Source: Eledone cirrhosa
Lineage: Eukaryota
DNA length: 64,000 nt
NCBI GenBank assembly: GCA_964016885.1
Contig: OZ024742.1
Location: forward strand, 159,216,001-159,280,000
Direction of reading: 5' to 3'
In this document: positions 12,066 through 26,451 of the stretch, one piece after another
Layout of the letters: every line of letters begins with the position of its first letter
Position numbering within the stretch: position 1 is the first letter of the stretch
Notes under the pieces: generated by a model
Databases searched by the model: none
Seen by the model: the letters and a program-made list of their open reading frames with translations, nothing else
What the model was told of the DNA's origin: nothing
Translations under genes and position numbers: made by a program

Positions 12066-12103
<38 letters not shown>

Positions 12104-12108
<5 letters not shown>

Positions 12109-15100
12109 TAGGTTTATTTACAATAGTTTATAACTTTGCCTAATAATCCGCATGGTGAGCAAATGGGGTTCCACGTGCTAGCCTCCCCCACAACCCCGGC
12201 AGACAGGATGGAGAAGGCGTTTCCCCGGAGGATGGTAGGGGAGATGCGCTGGAAGAGCCATTCCAACTCGCCTATGGTGGTGAATAGGGAGGTAGCTCTA
12301 GAGCCAAGGACACCAGAAGTTTCCACTGCCAAGGGCACGACCGCGAACCTGTCGGAGAGCGACCGGTACTTGGAGAGTTTGGGTTCCTCAGCCCCACATG
12401 CAGCAGTACCTGGGTTAGTCGCAGACTGCACCAGGTTGCGGCTGGAGAAAGTGTCGCTGCAAGTGGCATCACAGACGTGGGGTTTGCCACCACGAAACGG
12501 GAAGATGGTCATACCGTCTGGCCTTTTGCCATTCCCTCAGTCCAGCCCCACCGGCTCAAGCTGGGAGGGATAGCCTGCAGTGTCCAAGCCAGTCTTAATG
12601 ACCTCGTTGAGGGCAGCATGGCGTGGAAGGCGGCCGGCACTGTGGCGACAGGAAAGCGGATGGAGGCCGAAAGCGTCCACGGTGGATCCACAGCGACATT
12701 TATGTGGCTCGCAGATCCGGAATCCAAGCCTCAAGGAAACGCCGATGCGCAAGCTATCGTTATCCAGCTGCATGCCAGTGGAGAAGGAAGGAAAGGCACG
12801 GAGCCAGGCACTACTGTGGGGTTCGGAGGCCGCGCGAAAACAGGCAAGGTGGTGCTGGTCGAGCTGGCGCATGAGTTTGTCTGAGGCGAGGCTGCATTGG
12901 ATGGCATCCCATACGCTTTGGGGGGACTTGGCGTTAGCAAGGGGAGAAGGAGGAGGGACGTCTACTGGGCTAAGTCCCAGTCTGTCACATGTCTCACAGG
13001 CGACCTCACGTTCCCTGAACACAGAGGGTTCTATTATGTTTTGGAGAACCCTGCCGACCAGGACGCGACATGAAGTTACCGATGAAAGAAACGCCGGCAA
13101 AGCCAGCGAGATCGGGGTCAGGAAGTCAAGGCCCACATATCTGACAGGTCAAGTGGCCTGTTGCCATCCAATGTCGTCAAACCTGACGTTGCATACTTCT
13201 TCAGCTGCCGCTCGGATACAAGTATCGAGGTCAGCGAAGAGAGATGCGTGGCTGTAGCATGGAGCGCTGCGAAGGGTGTAGAGGAGCTTCGGCACGGCGA
13301 AGCAGTTCCTCAACAGGAAGAGAACTGGGTGGCCGTCGATCAAGCCCAGTCGGCTCGTGAGAGTCTGGAGTTGTTGGAACCTAGACCTGATGGTAGAGTG
13401 GATGGCCGGCGGGTGGATCGGTGACCCGAGGATGAGGACATCCTCTTTGGGGGTCACCTGGTGGAGAATGGACCTCACGCCCGAGACGGAAGCTGCAAAG
13501 CTCTCAGCATCATGGCTAACATTCACCACCTCCGACTTGGACGAGTTGACCTGGAGGCCGATTCCCGCCAGGGCAGGAACCACCGATTGGCAGACAGTCT
13601 CGACGGTCCCGCACAGCATAGCATCATTCTGGTACCAAACGTTGAGAGGGGGCCGTGATACTCCGGGAAATGCGTGTATATACCAAGGTCAAACAGGACG
13701 GGGTCCAAAGGGTCGCCCTGTTGGACCCCAGTGGCCAAAGGTATGACCGTATCAGCAGCAAGGAGCATGCTCGAGGCTCCATATGACAAGTAGGCCAGTG
13801 GGTAGGAGGAGGGGGCTCGGCTGAGGTAGGCATCGAGCAGATAGTCCGGGTGTATGCAGTTAAAGACATTCCTCATGTCAAGCTTGACAATGAGGTGTCT
13901 GGAGTCCCTGGATGCCGGTTCTGGTGGGCAGCTATTGAAGAACTGCCTGGTTGCATGTGCGGCCCCGTCACAGCCACCGGACACGCCGAGACTCAGTTGC
14001 ACCGGACTGAACTCCTCACCCAGTTCAGGTGTTATGGACCTGCAGACCACCTTAGCAGCCAGCCTCCGGAAGACATTGCCCACAGCGATGGGGCGTATGC
14101 CGCCTTCTTTCTTCCTGCACTCAGAAGGCGGGGCCCGGCTTCAGTGGAGAGGGAGGATAGCAACTCCTTGAGGTGGCCTGGTCGGAGACCATCAGCACCT
14201 CCTAGCTACTGCTAGCTGGGAAGGACTTGATAGCAGACATGATGTCTGCGTCGGAAGCCACAAGGAGCAGGTGGGGATCGGATAGGGGTATGAGTCGGAG
14301 ATCAGCGGGTGGATGAGGGTGCTTGAGTCGCAGGGCAGCCAGTGGTTGGAGGACAGTGTCCTCTGAGGCAACCACTCTTACTGCGATCGAGAAATCACCC
14401 ATGATAAGTTTATGATAATGGGCGCTTGCCTAAAGGGCGAAACATTGGCCTTGACAAAGGCTGCTGTCGACAGGCCGCCTCGGTCAGCGCCAGAGCTGGC
14501 GAGGCCGAGGGTGAGTGGGGCGAAATAGTAGAGGCGCTTCCAGTCGCTAGCTCGATTGGAGTCCAGAGTACTCTCGATCGAGGAAGCGAGGGCATCGGCT
14601 ACCGGCACCCGGGCCGTCCCTGGGATCCTGAGTGGAATCTTCCGGAGCCGCCTGAGCCGAGCGATGTTGATCAGCGAGGCTTGGGCATGAGGCAAGCTCG
14701 CTGTCTTATCTGGTGGAGTGCTAGATGGCCGTAGCTGGGCAGACGAGGGGAAGAGGCAGTTCCTGCATCTCCACGCTGCGGGGTCACTGGAAGTCCGACG
14801 CGTCAAGCCAACACAGGTGAGGTGGTGGAAGCAGCCGCACCCCGAACAGTTCCGGCCCCTGTTCCGTCTATTCTTGGTGCTGCAAGTGCTACAGATGTCG
14901 ACTGATGGGGATGGAGGATGGGGCGTGGAGCCGAGGACTGAGGCACCAAGCGGTATCAGGGGTGAGTGGCTGGTTGTCACCAGCCTAGGTGCTAGGCACA
15001 ACTGCATGTGGATGGAAGGGAAAGTGTTGGTATGAGTGAGGCCTCATAGCTCACCTACATCAGATATGGAGGCGACAGAAGACAAGATAAAGGAGAAGGG

Positions 15101-15245
15101 GGGGTTTGCATGGAGGGGGACGCAAGTACAAGTTACAAAAGGTATTAGATTCACGCTTAGTGAGAGTGAGGGGTGTGGGTGCGACTTTTCGGGCATAAGC
15201 CCTTCATCAGGAGAGGGGGGGAACTTCGAGAGGGAGTGAGGGGAG
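12104..15245 (-). mobile_element. CRE-clade non-LTR retrotransposon (RT plus restriction-like endonuclease), frameshifted
   Basis: IRPIAVGNVFRRLAAK, GVSGGCDGAAH, KLDMRNVFN, GVQQGDPL, CRCG..VDAFGLHPLSC..RHAALN, EPVGL..DGKRPDGMT..DATC, PLAVETSG; GC-rich island; 3' end runs into (TA)n. The 5' boundary is approximate. Confidence 0.88.
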
Positions 15246-15321
15246 AGTTAGTGGGAAAAACAAATGAAGTGGAAAATAAAAGTTAAAATACAAGTTGTGA
15301 AAAGATGTGAGGCGTGTAGAT

Positions 15322-15417
<96 letters not shown>

Positions 15418-16198
15418 ATACACACACACAAATATACAATACACACACATACACACACATACACACACACAGACGCGCATATATATATAAACACATACAT
15501 ATATGCATACATATATTCATGTGGAAAGATGGAGGAAATGCAATTGATACTCCATCTTGGAAAAGCGTATGCTAAATACGTCCAAACATTTTGAGTAGAA
15601 TTGCTTTAGACACTCAAATTTGAAATGAGACGCACAGAAACGAAATACCATACTTATTAATAATACGTCCAAATGTTCAACATGATCGAGTTTATCTTTC
15701 TTTCTAAGGTTGGCCTTTATTGTCGTTCGAGGTTACATTAACAATGGAAGTTAATAATAGAGAATGCCACATGGATGACCAAATGCTTGCTAATCGTGTA
15801 TCAAATGTCGTTCTATTTTGGGTCTGAGATACATATGTCTGTATTTAATGCCAATTGTCATGATTCTGCATTGCATGTAACTGAGAAGAGGCATCTATGT
15901 ATGTAATAGTTTTGGTTAAAGCTGCAAATCGTCAGCTGAGATTAAAAGTCATCTTTGCTTTATATGTCTCGGTGAGTAAAATCTTGAATATATAATGCTC
16001 TGCAAAACACAGATTTTAGTCTGTGTAAAGCATATCACCAGTGAAACATATGTAATATCTAATTAAATGAGTATATGATGCAATACTGATTCTTTGTTCC
16101 CATTTATTATTGTTACTATTGTTACTCTGCTCCCCAAGAGCATCGAGTGCTTATCTTGGCATACCGCCTGTGAACGCAATTCATTCATTTGCACTTCT

Positions 16199-16271
<73 letters not shown>

Positions 16272-16277
16272 AAGTAT

Positions 16278-16423
16278 GACCCCGACGGCAGAGCTCAAGC
16301 CTTCGAAAAGGCTTGAGCTCTGCCGTCGGGGTCATACTTGTTCCTATTACCCACTCTACTACTCTAAGTATTGAGTACTTTGGTGCGTTATGGTCCATCT
16401 GGTTCCTTACCACAATTCCTTTG

Positions 16424-16425
<2 letters not shown>
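16278..16425 (+). repeat. pLTR-like family N fragment starting with a perfect hairpin
   Basis: gaccccgacggcagagctcaagcc...ggcttgagctctgccgtcggggtc; homologous to 26290-26445 and 61010-61580. Confidence 0.7.
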
Positions 16426-16481
<56 letters not shown>

Positions 16482-16605
16482 AGGGTAAATATTGATGCAA
16501 TTCAATTCAAGCACTCAACGTACTTTTTCCACATAGGAGTGACGGAGTAAATATCGAATAAGGAAAAGCGAAGTAGTTTCAGATGTTCAAGTCCTTTAAT
16601 AATAA

Positions 16606-16792
16606 TTGTTTCTACTTTAGGCACAAAGCCAGCAATTACCCAGTGCGTTACTGGTACTTTATTTCATCGACCCCGTAAGGATGAAAGGCAAAGTCAACCT
16701 CGGCGGGATTTGAACTCAGATCGTAAAGGGACGTAACTATGCTGGAAAGCATGGCGTCCGACCCTCTACCGATACTGCCAATCCACCGCCCT
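16606..16792 (-). mobile_element. tRNA-derived SINE, full length
   Basis: A box tggcagtatcgg, B box gagttcaaatccc, body tttgcctttcatccttacggggtcgat...aagtaccag. Other copies or fragments at ~7785, 17467, 22140, 22295, 24640, 30735, 40985, 50436, 55795, 55995. Confidence 0.85.
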
Positions 16793-17196
16793 TTAATAAT
16801 AATGCTGTGATATATATTTCAATGACGACACTGGCCACACTGTTCTGTGTGCGAGTGTCGTGACATCATCAGACAGCTTGTTACATAATAAGGTTATGTT
16901 TCCGAGGCAATCCAAATTGAATCGACATGGGAACGGATGAAGTGTGTGCTTTTGGGTTCTTCATCCGTTCCCCTGTGAGTACCAATTCACCCCCACCGGT
17001 CTGCGCAGGCTCATGTCCGAAGGAAGTTGACCATTAGCTACCGCAGATTTCAACGAAATTCGCTTAGTCAGTTCACCCTCTCAGCCAAACAATGGCCCAC
17101 TCAGGCCTGTACGATAGTTTACTGCTACCTAACCCGACTGTGGCAGTCAGCCGAAAGCCAGAGGGGATGGGAGAGTGTTAGTTTTTACAGGTCACA

Positions 17197-17447
17197 ATAC
17201 TACCTCTCACCAAGCGTGGTCAGTACGACTGACCATCAACTCATAAGAGAAAATAAACTTAATTCTAGGTATCATGGTTTTACATTGGAAGTTAAGAGTG
17301 AGAGTTGGAAATAAAAATTAAAATCCTAAATCAAATATCAGAAATTATAAATTAAACAATTAAAAAATTGATACCTAGAATTAAGTTTATTTTCTCTTAT
17401 TAGTTGATGGTCAGTCGTAGTGTCCACGCTTGGTGAGAGGTAGTATT
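17197..17447. repeat. Fold-back element, ~78-bp arms
   Basis: 17197-17274 is the reverse complement of 17370-17447. Confidence 0.75.
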
Positions 17448-17645
17448 TTCATCATATATATATATAATTGTTTATACTTTTGGCACAAGGCCAGCAAATA
17501 CCCAGTGCATTACTGGTACTTTATTTTGTCGATCCCGTAAGGATGAAAGGCAAAGTTAACCCCGGCGGGATTTGAACTCAGAATGGCAAGGGCCGTAACT
17601 ATCATAACGTTATCGTTATATATATATATATACATATATATATAT

Positions 17646-17736
<91 letters not shown>

Positions 17737-18222
17737 CTTAACAGCCGTACTAAGAGTGGGAAATGAAATATCGTTTCATTTTTTCCGTTTATCGTTTTCG
17801 GTGCACCCGGCCGATTAACCCACTCGATATGCAAATTGGGCTACTCAGCCGTTAATATGCATAAGGTAAGTATATACGTTCAACAATCTGGCAGGAAGGT
17901 ATACGTTGCTGACGATAGCTAACAAGATTGAAACTAGTACAGCGTTCCTTTGTCAGTGTTGAACAAACGAGCAACGGTGGTTGCTAGACACTACGGCTTA
18001 ATACGGGATGTTTGTTTACAAACACACCGAGCATTATAATAAATATTCGGTGAATCCATACGTGCATATATATATGTGTGCATGTATGTATATATATATA
18101 TACATACTACTGTACGTCGGTACGTCGGTATACATATATGTATGTACGTGTACATACTTATATTTAAGTAACAGCCGTACTAAGAGTGGGAAATGAAATA
18201 TCGTTTCATTTTTTCCGTTTAT
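17737..18222 (+). mobile_element. Hammerhead element family Q: ~1.1-mer of a 430-bp unit in (TA)n
   Basis: taacagccgtactaagagtgggaaatgaaatatcg at 17739 and 18169. Confidence 0.85.
17903..17945 (+). ncRNA. Minimal type I hammerhead (family Q)
   Basis: acgttg CTGACGA tagctaacaagatt GAAA ctag TA cagcgt. Confidence 0.82.
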
Positions 18223-18321
18223 ATATATATATATATATACGTTATTCCGGGTTGAATCAGAGGTAACCACAATAAGTAAGGTACTCAATACATTGCAGAG
18301 TATAAAAGTTTTAATATAGAT

Positions 18322-18434
18322 GAGATTCTACAGGACTAGAACTGTTTCATTCTTTAGAAATCATCAGGATTCCTGATTATCGAGATTCCTGATGGTTTCT
18401 AAAGAATGAAACAGTTCTAGTCCTGTAGAATCTC
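18322..18434. ncRNA. Back-to-back inverted hammerhead pair (18322-18372 on -, 18382-18434 on +)
   Basis: gagattc CTGATG(G/A) tttctaaagaat GAAA cag-ttctagtc-ctg TA gaatctc; the minus copy has canonical CTGATGA. Confidence 0.75.
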
Positions 18435-18435
18435 A

Positions 18436-18496
<61 letters not shown>

Positions 18497-18777
18497 CGAT
18501 AACGTTATGATGAAAATATGACCTTGCTCAGGCTCAAGTATGATTTTTTATATTAATTTTTCTCATATTTCTTTATTGGTTCTTTCGGTTTACTTTGGAA
18601 GTATTACCTTCCTCGATCCATAAGTCAATCTATTTACATTTAGATACGTTCACATCATCATATTCTGAATATGTATTAGGAGTATATTTTAATATAACAT
18701 GTTTGAAAGAAAGGATCTATAGATATGATGGCTGCATCTCGACTTCAAGAATTACTATAACCTAATCCTTTTCTCAA

Positions 18778-19470
18778 ACATGGGTGGAACGAACATGACA
18801 TTTTAACGCCGCCAAGGACTTTCTATATATGCTGCATTCCTTTCTACATATGCTGTAGCAAAAAAAATGCCTTTTATAGCTACAGCCAGCCATGCTCATA
18901 TTACACATATGAAAGACTTTTAGATCAAGCGATATCTGTGCATTGGACCAACCCAACTCTCTGAAAAACCGCGACAGGTATCCAAAAAGAACAGGTTACC
19001 ATCATCAGCTGCAATTAAGCTGCAACTTTCCTCCAGAGTTTTCCTTCTCCTAGAATGGCGTCCTAACAAAGAACAGTGGTCTCACATCCAATAGGCTAAC
19101 CACATACTCGGTTACCAAGCCGAGTATTTCCATAACCCAGCTGCATACACAATGGCTGAATTTCAGTTTCGAGAAAATGCCATTCCTTTACTTTTTTTAG
19201 ACATGGGTAACACGAACATGACATTTTAGTTCTTCCATAGTCTCAGATTCTTTTTTACACATGATGCAGAGAAAGAAAAAGGCCATGCTCATGCAATACA
19301 CTTGAAAGTCGTTTAGGTCAAGTGAAGCACCAAACCAATCCCACTCTCTGAGCAACGGTAACGGCTATCCCCCCAAAAGAACAAGTCAATATCATTGGCT
19401 GCCATTAAATTACAGGCTTTTAGAGTTTTCTTTCTCCTAGTTAACCGTGTGCTCGAGCACCAAATCGAGT
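18778..19470. repeat. Diverged tandem duplication (~423-bp period)
   Basis: acatgggt..acgaacatgacatttta at 18778 and 19201; each unit carries gagttttcYttctcctag. Confidence 0.55.
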
Positions 19471-20027
19471 ATGTCCATGTCCCCGCGCATTAATCTATTT
19501 AATATCTTTATCGGTAGCCTCCAGCCGATCATTGACCACAACACGTCGGACACCACGCGGTCATCAACGATATGGTTTGCATGTATGAAATATATTCAAC
19601 TTCTCCTCTTCCAAAGAACTCTCCCCCAACGAAGGAATGGTAATTCTTCCAATGTCTTGGAATGGTCAATGTTGTTTTTTGAATTTCAGAAACCATGGTT
19701 TGGGAACTCTTTAAGTAAAACCGAATTATTTTTGTCGATCTAGGTCCATTCGCTATGATAAACGCTTAAAGCGAGAAACAGACTGTCTGTCGGCCCTCTC
19801 TGTTGTTTTTGCCGAGAATAAGTTAGTGACATAGTCACTACTTTAAAACTCATAGCGAATGGTCTTCTAAATGTTTTTAATTAAACATACAGTATATTAC
19901 CAAATATACTATACATACATTCATCGCTATTTCAGAGCACCAATACTAATACACTACAACACACACGCACACACACATATATATATGTGTGTGTATGTGT
20001 GTGTGTGTGTATGTGTGTGTGTGTGTA

Positions 20028-20252
20028 TGAGCTTTTCGAATATCAATAATAATATTCGATTCGTTTGCAATTATGCAAATAGCCTCTTTAAGATATGGGA
20101 GTAGAATGACTCCGGCATTCTTGCCCTTGTGTTGGCATCTAGACAGAACGGCAGACACTAATGTTTCTGGCTGATTACCCTTCACCAGGGCTTAAAGAGG
20201 CTGTTTTCATAATTGCAAACGAATCGAATATTATTAATATTCGAAAAACTCA
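20028..20252. repeat. Fold-back element, ~63-bp arms
   Basis: 20028-20092 versus 20191-20252. Confidence 0.7.
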
Positions 20253-20299
20253 GATATACATTTCTTGTATTCAGCCATGTAGAGCGATAACACTATTTG

Positions 20300-20403
<104 letters not shown>

Positions 20404-20782
20404 CATGAAAAGCTCGGAGCCTCATGGATAATGCAACAATTAGACATTTCCACAAAGTAAGAGCGAAGCTATCGATAGTCGGGACTTGGGAGAATTTTTG
20501 GTAACGTTTATCTATTTCTTTTTCTTCAAACTTACATTTTAGACTTAGCTCCATTTAATTAATTATTTGTCTAGTTAATTTCTACGACTAAGAGGAAAGA
20601 CTAGGTAAATTTTATCTGACTGTTCGTCATAAAGGAATATCGATAACATTTATCTGTTATCTCTTCAAAGTTACATCTTAAACTTAGCTCCGTTTCAATG
20701 AATATTTATCTGGTTGATTTCTAATACGGACTAAGAAAACATTGGATAAATTTTGTCTGACTATTCTTCAAACTTAAAATTT

Positions 20783-20821
<39 letters not shown>

Positions 20822-20851
20822 ATATTATATAAATATATTATATATATAAAT

Positions 20852-20907
<56 letters not shown>

Positions 20908-20925
20908 TATATTATATATATAAAT

Positions 20926-20963
<38 letters not shown>

Positions 20964-20981
20964 TATATTATATATATAAAT

Positions 20982-21074
<93 letters not shown>

Positions 21075-21104
21075 CCTCAGCCGGATGGCGAAACAGGTAA
21101 AAGA

Positions 21105-21153
<49 letters not shown>

Positions 21154-21280
21154 AAAGTTTTATTTAAAATTGTTGGGTTACAACGAGTAAATATTTTATA
21201 ACTGATATAAAGCACTCAACAAGTTTTGGAGTAGATATACGATATTAAACAAATGGAAACTATATTTATAAAACCATATT

Positions 21281-21480
21281 TATTTCATTATACATATTTC
21301 AGAGATACCATATTAAAAATATGGTATGCCTTCTTCAGATAAAATACAATATATAAGCAGTTTTATAAATAAATTTGACGTACCATAAAATATTGATCAA
21401 ACTGCTTATATATTGTATTTTATCTGAAGAAGGCATGCCATTTTTTAATATGGTATCCCTGAAATATGTATAATGAAATA
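21281..21480. ncRNA. Inverted hammerhead pair (21281-21346 on -, 21416-21480 on +) in fold-back pLTR 21150-21546 (family R)
   Basis: tattttat CTGAAGA aggcatacca...tggtatc(t/c)ct GAAA tatgta TA atgaaata. Confidence 0.8.
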
Positions 21481-21543
21481 AATATGATATGTATAATGAA
21501 ATAAATATGGTTTTATAAATATAGTTTCCATTTGTTTAATATC

Positions 21544-21612
<69 letters not shown>

Positions 21613-22943
21613 TATAAATATATATATATATATACACACACACATGCTTGTGTATGCGTGAGTGTATAAAGTAATCTAGTTGGAGTACAAACGTATCGAG
21701 ATTTTGTTATTTCCTTCCTGCTGCACTAAAATAACACACAACGCAACTCAGAAGATAAGACAACCCAGTGAAGCAGTTACAACTGAAAGCTAAGTTTTTA
21801 GAATCTAGACCAATAGTTTATCAATAAATTCTATATTATCAGAAAGAGAGGGAAAATGACTTAATTACAGTGTTGTTCAATGTTCTATCTCTATAGAACA
21901 AATTGGTGAAATAGTTGTGGCTGGTTTAATGGACTTTGGCAAATGCTTTATCATTGACGGCATTACACAATGAATATACGTTCTCATAATAAATAATAAT
22001 CATGTTATGTACTAAATAACCTTTCGTGTTTACCATTACTCTCTTAAGAGAAGGACTAACTCATATTAAAACATTCCATTGCTGCTTTTATTATGAAATC
22101 ATTAATCGAATTGATAGTCAGAATGGCATAAGTTATCTGTGGTCTAAGTTCAAATCCCACCAAGGTCTATTAACTTTTCATTTCACCCTTTCAGGATGGA
22201 TAAAATAAAGTAACAGTCCAGGTGAGTGGATTAACGGTATTGTTAGAGTGTCGAATAAGATGTTTTGTGGTATTTATTATAGCTTTGTTTCTTCTGAGTT
22301 AAAATCCCGCTGAGGTCAATCATCTTTGCATTTCTCTCTTCCAGGGTTGATAAAACAAAATACGGAGAAGTTGTCTTGCAGTATTTTCTCGGGCTCTTTA
22401 TGCTTTTCAACCCAAACCGGGAACTTTCAAATATTCTTGACTTTGATGCATTTCTGGTCCCTTAATCTCGCATAAAGATATTCTTGTAGACCCTCAAATC
22501 TAGAATCAACGAGATCCACCACTTTGGTTGCACCACACCTAATATAATATACTTCAATATTGTAGAGCTTGCAAACTCACATGTATACTTAATGACCTCT
22601 ATCATTATAACGCACGAGAAGCCTCCTATGGAATGCAACCTCGTGTGTGGCCAACCGAATTGCATAGGGGTTGGGAGTCTAGAGAGCTGGAAATTCAGGG
22701 GTAGTCGTGCCGGATGTGAGGAGCCTGTGATGTCACATCAGATGTGTGTGCGGACCGGATATCTCTCTTGGTCCATGCGCCGCGGCAGCGTATGGACGTT
22801 TTATGATGACTGGTGAGAATGAGTGTGAGTTTTACTATGTTCTCTGGCCAGACGCGAAAAAGATGAGCATCACGCAAGGAGATTGAGTCCAGACATGGAC
22901 TTCTTACGGCAGGTGTGAGCTGTATCAACATGACTAGACTGGG

Positions 22944-23135
22944 CCCTATTATTAAAACACCCGAGAAACCTCCTGTGAGATTGTTACCTAGTAGGAGGTC
23001 GGTTAAACCTACATAAATGTGAGCTGTATCAACAACATGATAGGACTGGTACCCTATCATTAAAACACCAGAGAAACCTCCTGTGAGATTGGTACCTGGT
23101 AGGAGGTCGGTTAAACCTACGTAGGTGTGAGCTGC
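22944..23135. repeat. Two-copy tandem repeat, ~109-bp period
   Basis: attaaaacacc.gagaaacctcctgtgagattg...ggaggtcggttaaacctac occurs twice. Confidence 0.7.
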
Positions 23136-23871
23136 AAATTTCATTTTTCGTTTTTTCATTTAAAGCGGTTCCTCAGACCCAGTGGTTTTACAATATGCCG
23201 GACACCAATCCGGGCTATTGCTAGATTGTCGTAGGTTCAATGCTAGGCTCATTGCTTTATTTTCAGGGATTATTGTTTTTGTCCTGCTGCGTAACCAGTA
23301 ACTCTCATTACTAGGATAGCCTTGTGAGGTGGGTATCGGCTACCCGACTATCCGACAGGTTGTATTGGATTGCATGTTATCAGTAACGCCCACGGGCAAC
23401 CTTCTGAAAATATGCACACACACACACACACACAATTACACACATACATACATAAGAGCATAAATATGTGTGTGTGTGTCTTCTTAAAAAATAGAGAGAT
23501 TTAGAGATAGATAGATAGACAGAGGGGGGAGAGAGATAGTGTGGAGGAAAGGGAGAGATATTAAGTTCTCTTGAAAATAGGTTTAAATAAGAGAAAGAAA
23601 AGAAAAATAGGGGGGGGGAGACAACAATAACAATAACAACAACAGTAACATGATAGGACAGATAGATAGACAGGGGGAGACAACAATAACAATAACAACA
23701 ACAGTAATAACAACCATAGTTACACTATTCGTTGACAGCTTGGCCTCGAAATTTTGTCTATTCATGGTTTGCTTATACAATAAACGAATACCGTATTCTA
23801 ATGTCAAGATTGAAAATATGCACACACACACACACACACATACACATATTGACACATTCACACACACACAA

Positions 23872-23906
<35 letters not shown>

Positions 23907-23982
23907 TGCGGCCACACAGGAGCAAATACATAGTTATAAGTATAATCAGTGTGCCTACATTCTCATTCCGCCTTACCTTACG

Positions 23983-24320
23983 TCTTTCTTTCTTTCTTTC
24001 TTTCTTTCTTCTCTCTCTTTTTTTTCTTATCTTTCTTTCTTCCCCCTCTCTCTTTCATTTCTTTCTTTCTTCTTTCTCTCTTTCCTTTCTTTTTTCCCCT
24101 CCTCTCTTTTTTCATTTTCTTTCTTCCCCCTCTCTTTCCTTTCTTTCTTCCCCTCTCTCTCTTTCCTTTCTTCCTCCTCTCTCTTTCCTTTCTTTCTTTC
24201 TACCCCCTCTCTCTTTCCTTTCTTTCTTCCCCCTCTCTCTTTCCTTTCTTTCCTTTTGCTTACTTTCCTTTCTCTCTTTGTCTCTTTTATTCAATTACGT
24301 CTTTCTCTCCCTATCTCTCA
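23983..24320. repeat. Polypyrimidine (CT/CTTT) low-complexity tract
   Basis: Base composition. Confidence 0.9.
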
Positions 24321-24345
24321 TTGTGTATACATTTGTGTATATACG

Positions 24346-24377
<32 letters not shown>

Positions 24378-25847
24378 ACACAAAGAAGGAGTTGTAACAT
24401 TGTCACTTGATATGCTAGAAATAACAAGTAAGGAAAACGAACACGTTAGATATACATAAAAGTCGTCCTTAATATGACGAGATAGTCACGGCTGGAATGC
24501 TTTTTATCGTACGTTTGCACAATCAGGTTTGACTCGGGCCTAAACAATAGCAATAAAAATTCTTTCTAATATTGGAACAAGACCAGCGATTGGTGGTGGT
24601 GGTGGTGATGGGGGGGGGGGGGGCGATTATATCGATCTATCGATCTCAGTATTTAACTGGTACTTTATACCATCGACTCAGGAAAGATGAAAGGTCAAGT
24701 TGACATCGGTGGGATTCGAACTCAGAACGTTAGCAAAGTCGTGACTAAATACTGCAACGCATTTTGTCCTACGCTCTACCGATACTATCAATTCAGCAAC
24801 AACACACGCATAAAGAGGGTGACAAACAAATACCAAATACATAACCACCATATCTAAAGCCAGGTTTCTGGATTCGCATGATTGAATTTGTAAACCTACC
24901 TTAGTCATGCGCAGCACAAGGGCGGAAATAGCGTGCCGGGTTTCTTTTTTGGTTTATATATTTATTTATTTATTTAGTTATTGAGTAGCTGGTTGCTTTT
25001 ATAATTTACTTTAGTTTATCTTGGTTTAACAAACAGTAGGTAAGCTCATCTATGTGTGACTAAAAAAACTTAACAAATAACTTAGTGAACTGAAAATTCG
25101 AAGACTGACTCACGCATGTAACGAACAGCGCAGTCCTCCTGTCATATTTCTCATCCAGCGAAGATTCATCTTTTAGAATTCGATACCGATAAAAAGATAT
25201 TTATTTAAGAGAGAAAAATCACCACCAAAAATAACAGCACTGCCATCGACATTGCCACTGCCGAAAAACTACTCACCAAGCCGGAAAAAAATATAACAGT
25301 TGGACTCTAACGGATATATACAAAACAAAACAAATAATATTATGAAATCAGGATATACACGAACCAATATGAAATAACAACGTGTTTTAATAATAAAAAA
25401 ACATTGTTGTTATTATTAGTATTATTATTATTATCATTTTCATTATTATTTTTATTATTGTTATTCTTATTATCTACTTTATCAGACTAAAGTTTGCACA
25501 ACGTTGATGGGTTTTCTACGTTTGAGAAAGACAAAGAACGAATATAAATATTACTATTATTAATAACAGTAATAATTATAATTATAATTATAATTATAAT
25601 AATTATACATATGTAATGTGTGTATCGCGAGGAAAATTACTAAACGTTGTTGGAAATAACCAAGTAAGAATATTTATTATATATTTCTTTGCTTACATAC
25701 ATCCACATACATATAAAAGCACATGTAGACACACATATATGTAACTACATGCATACGCACGCATATATGTGAGTGTGTATGCATATGTAACTATATGTAT
25801 ATATATATACATATATAGGTATGTGTATATGTTCATATATATGGTAT

Positions 25848-25943
<96 letters not shown>

Positions 25944-26148
25944 GTATGTGTGCATGTGTATGTATTGGTTTTTCAAAAGTTAATTTTGTCTTTCATCTTT
26001 ACGGAGTCGATAAAGTAAGTACCAGCCTAGTGCTGCTCTTTCTCCAAACCCTGGATGTTCTGCTGAATGATCAAAGGTGAACACCTAAACCCGTAGCGAA
26101 AGCCTTATATATGTTAGCCAGTCATCCCCGGTCTCAGCTTCTTTCTAG

Positions 26149-26250
<102 letters not shown>

Positions 26251-26451
26251 ATATATATATATATATATGTATGTATATATATGCATATGTTCGGATCTGT
26301 TCGGGGCCCTGACTCTTTTCCTATTACGCACTCTATAACCAGGTGGACCATAACGCACCAGAGTACTCGATACTTAAGGTATTAAGTATCGAGTACTATG
26401 GTGCGTTATGGTCCACCTGGTATCTTACCACACCTTCTTTGTTATATATAT

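Noticed and set aside
17030-17090. Hammerhead-like ctgagag...gaaa...ta on the minus strand
   Set aside because: Core and stems too degenerate to call.
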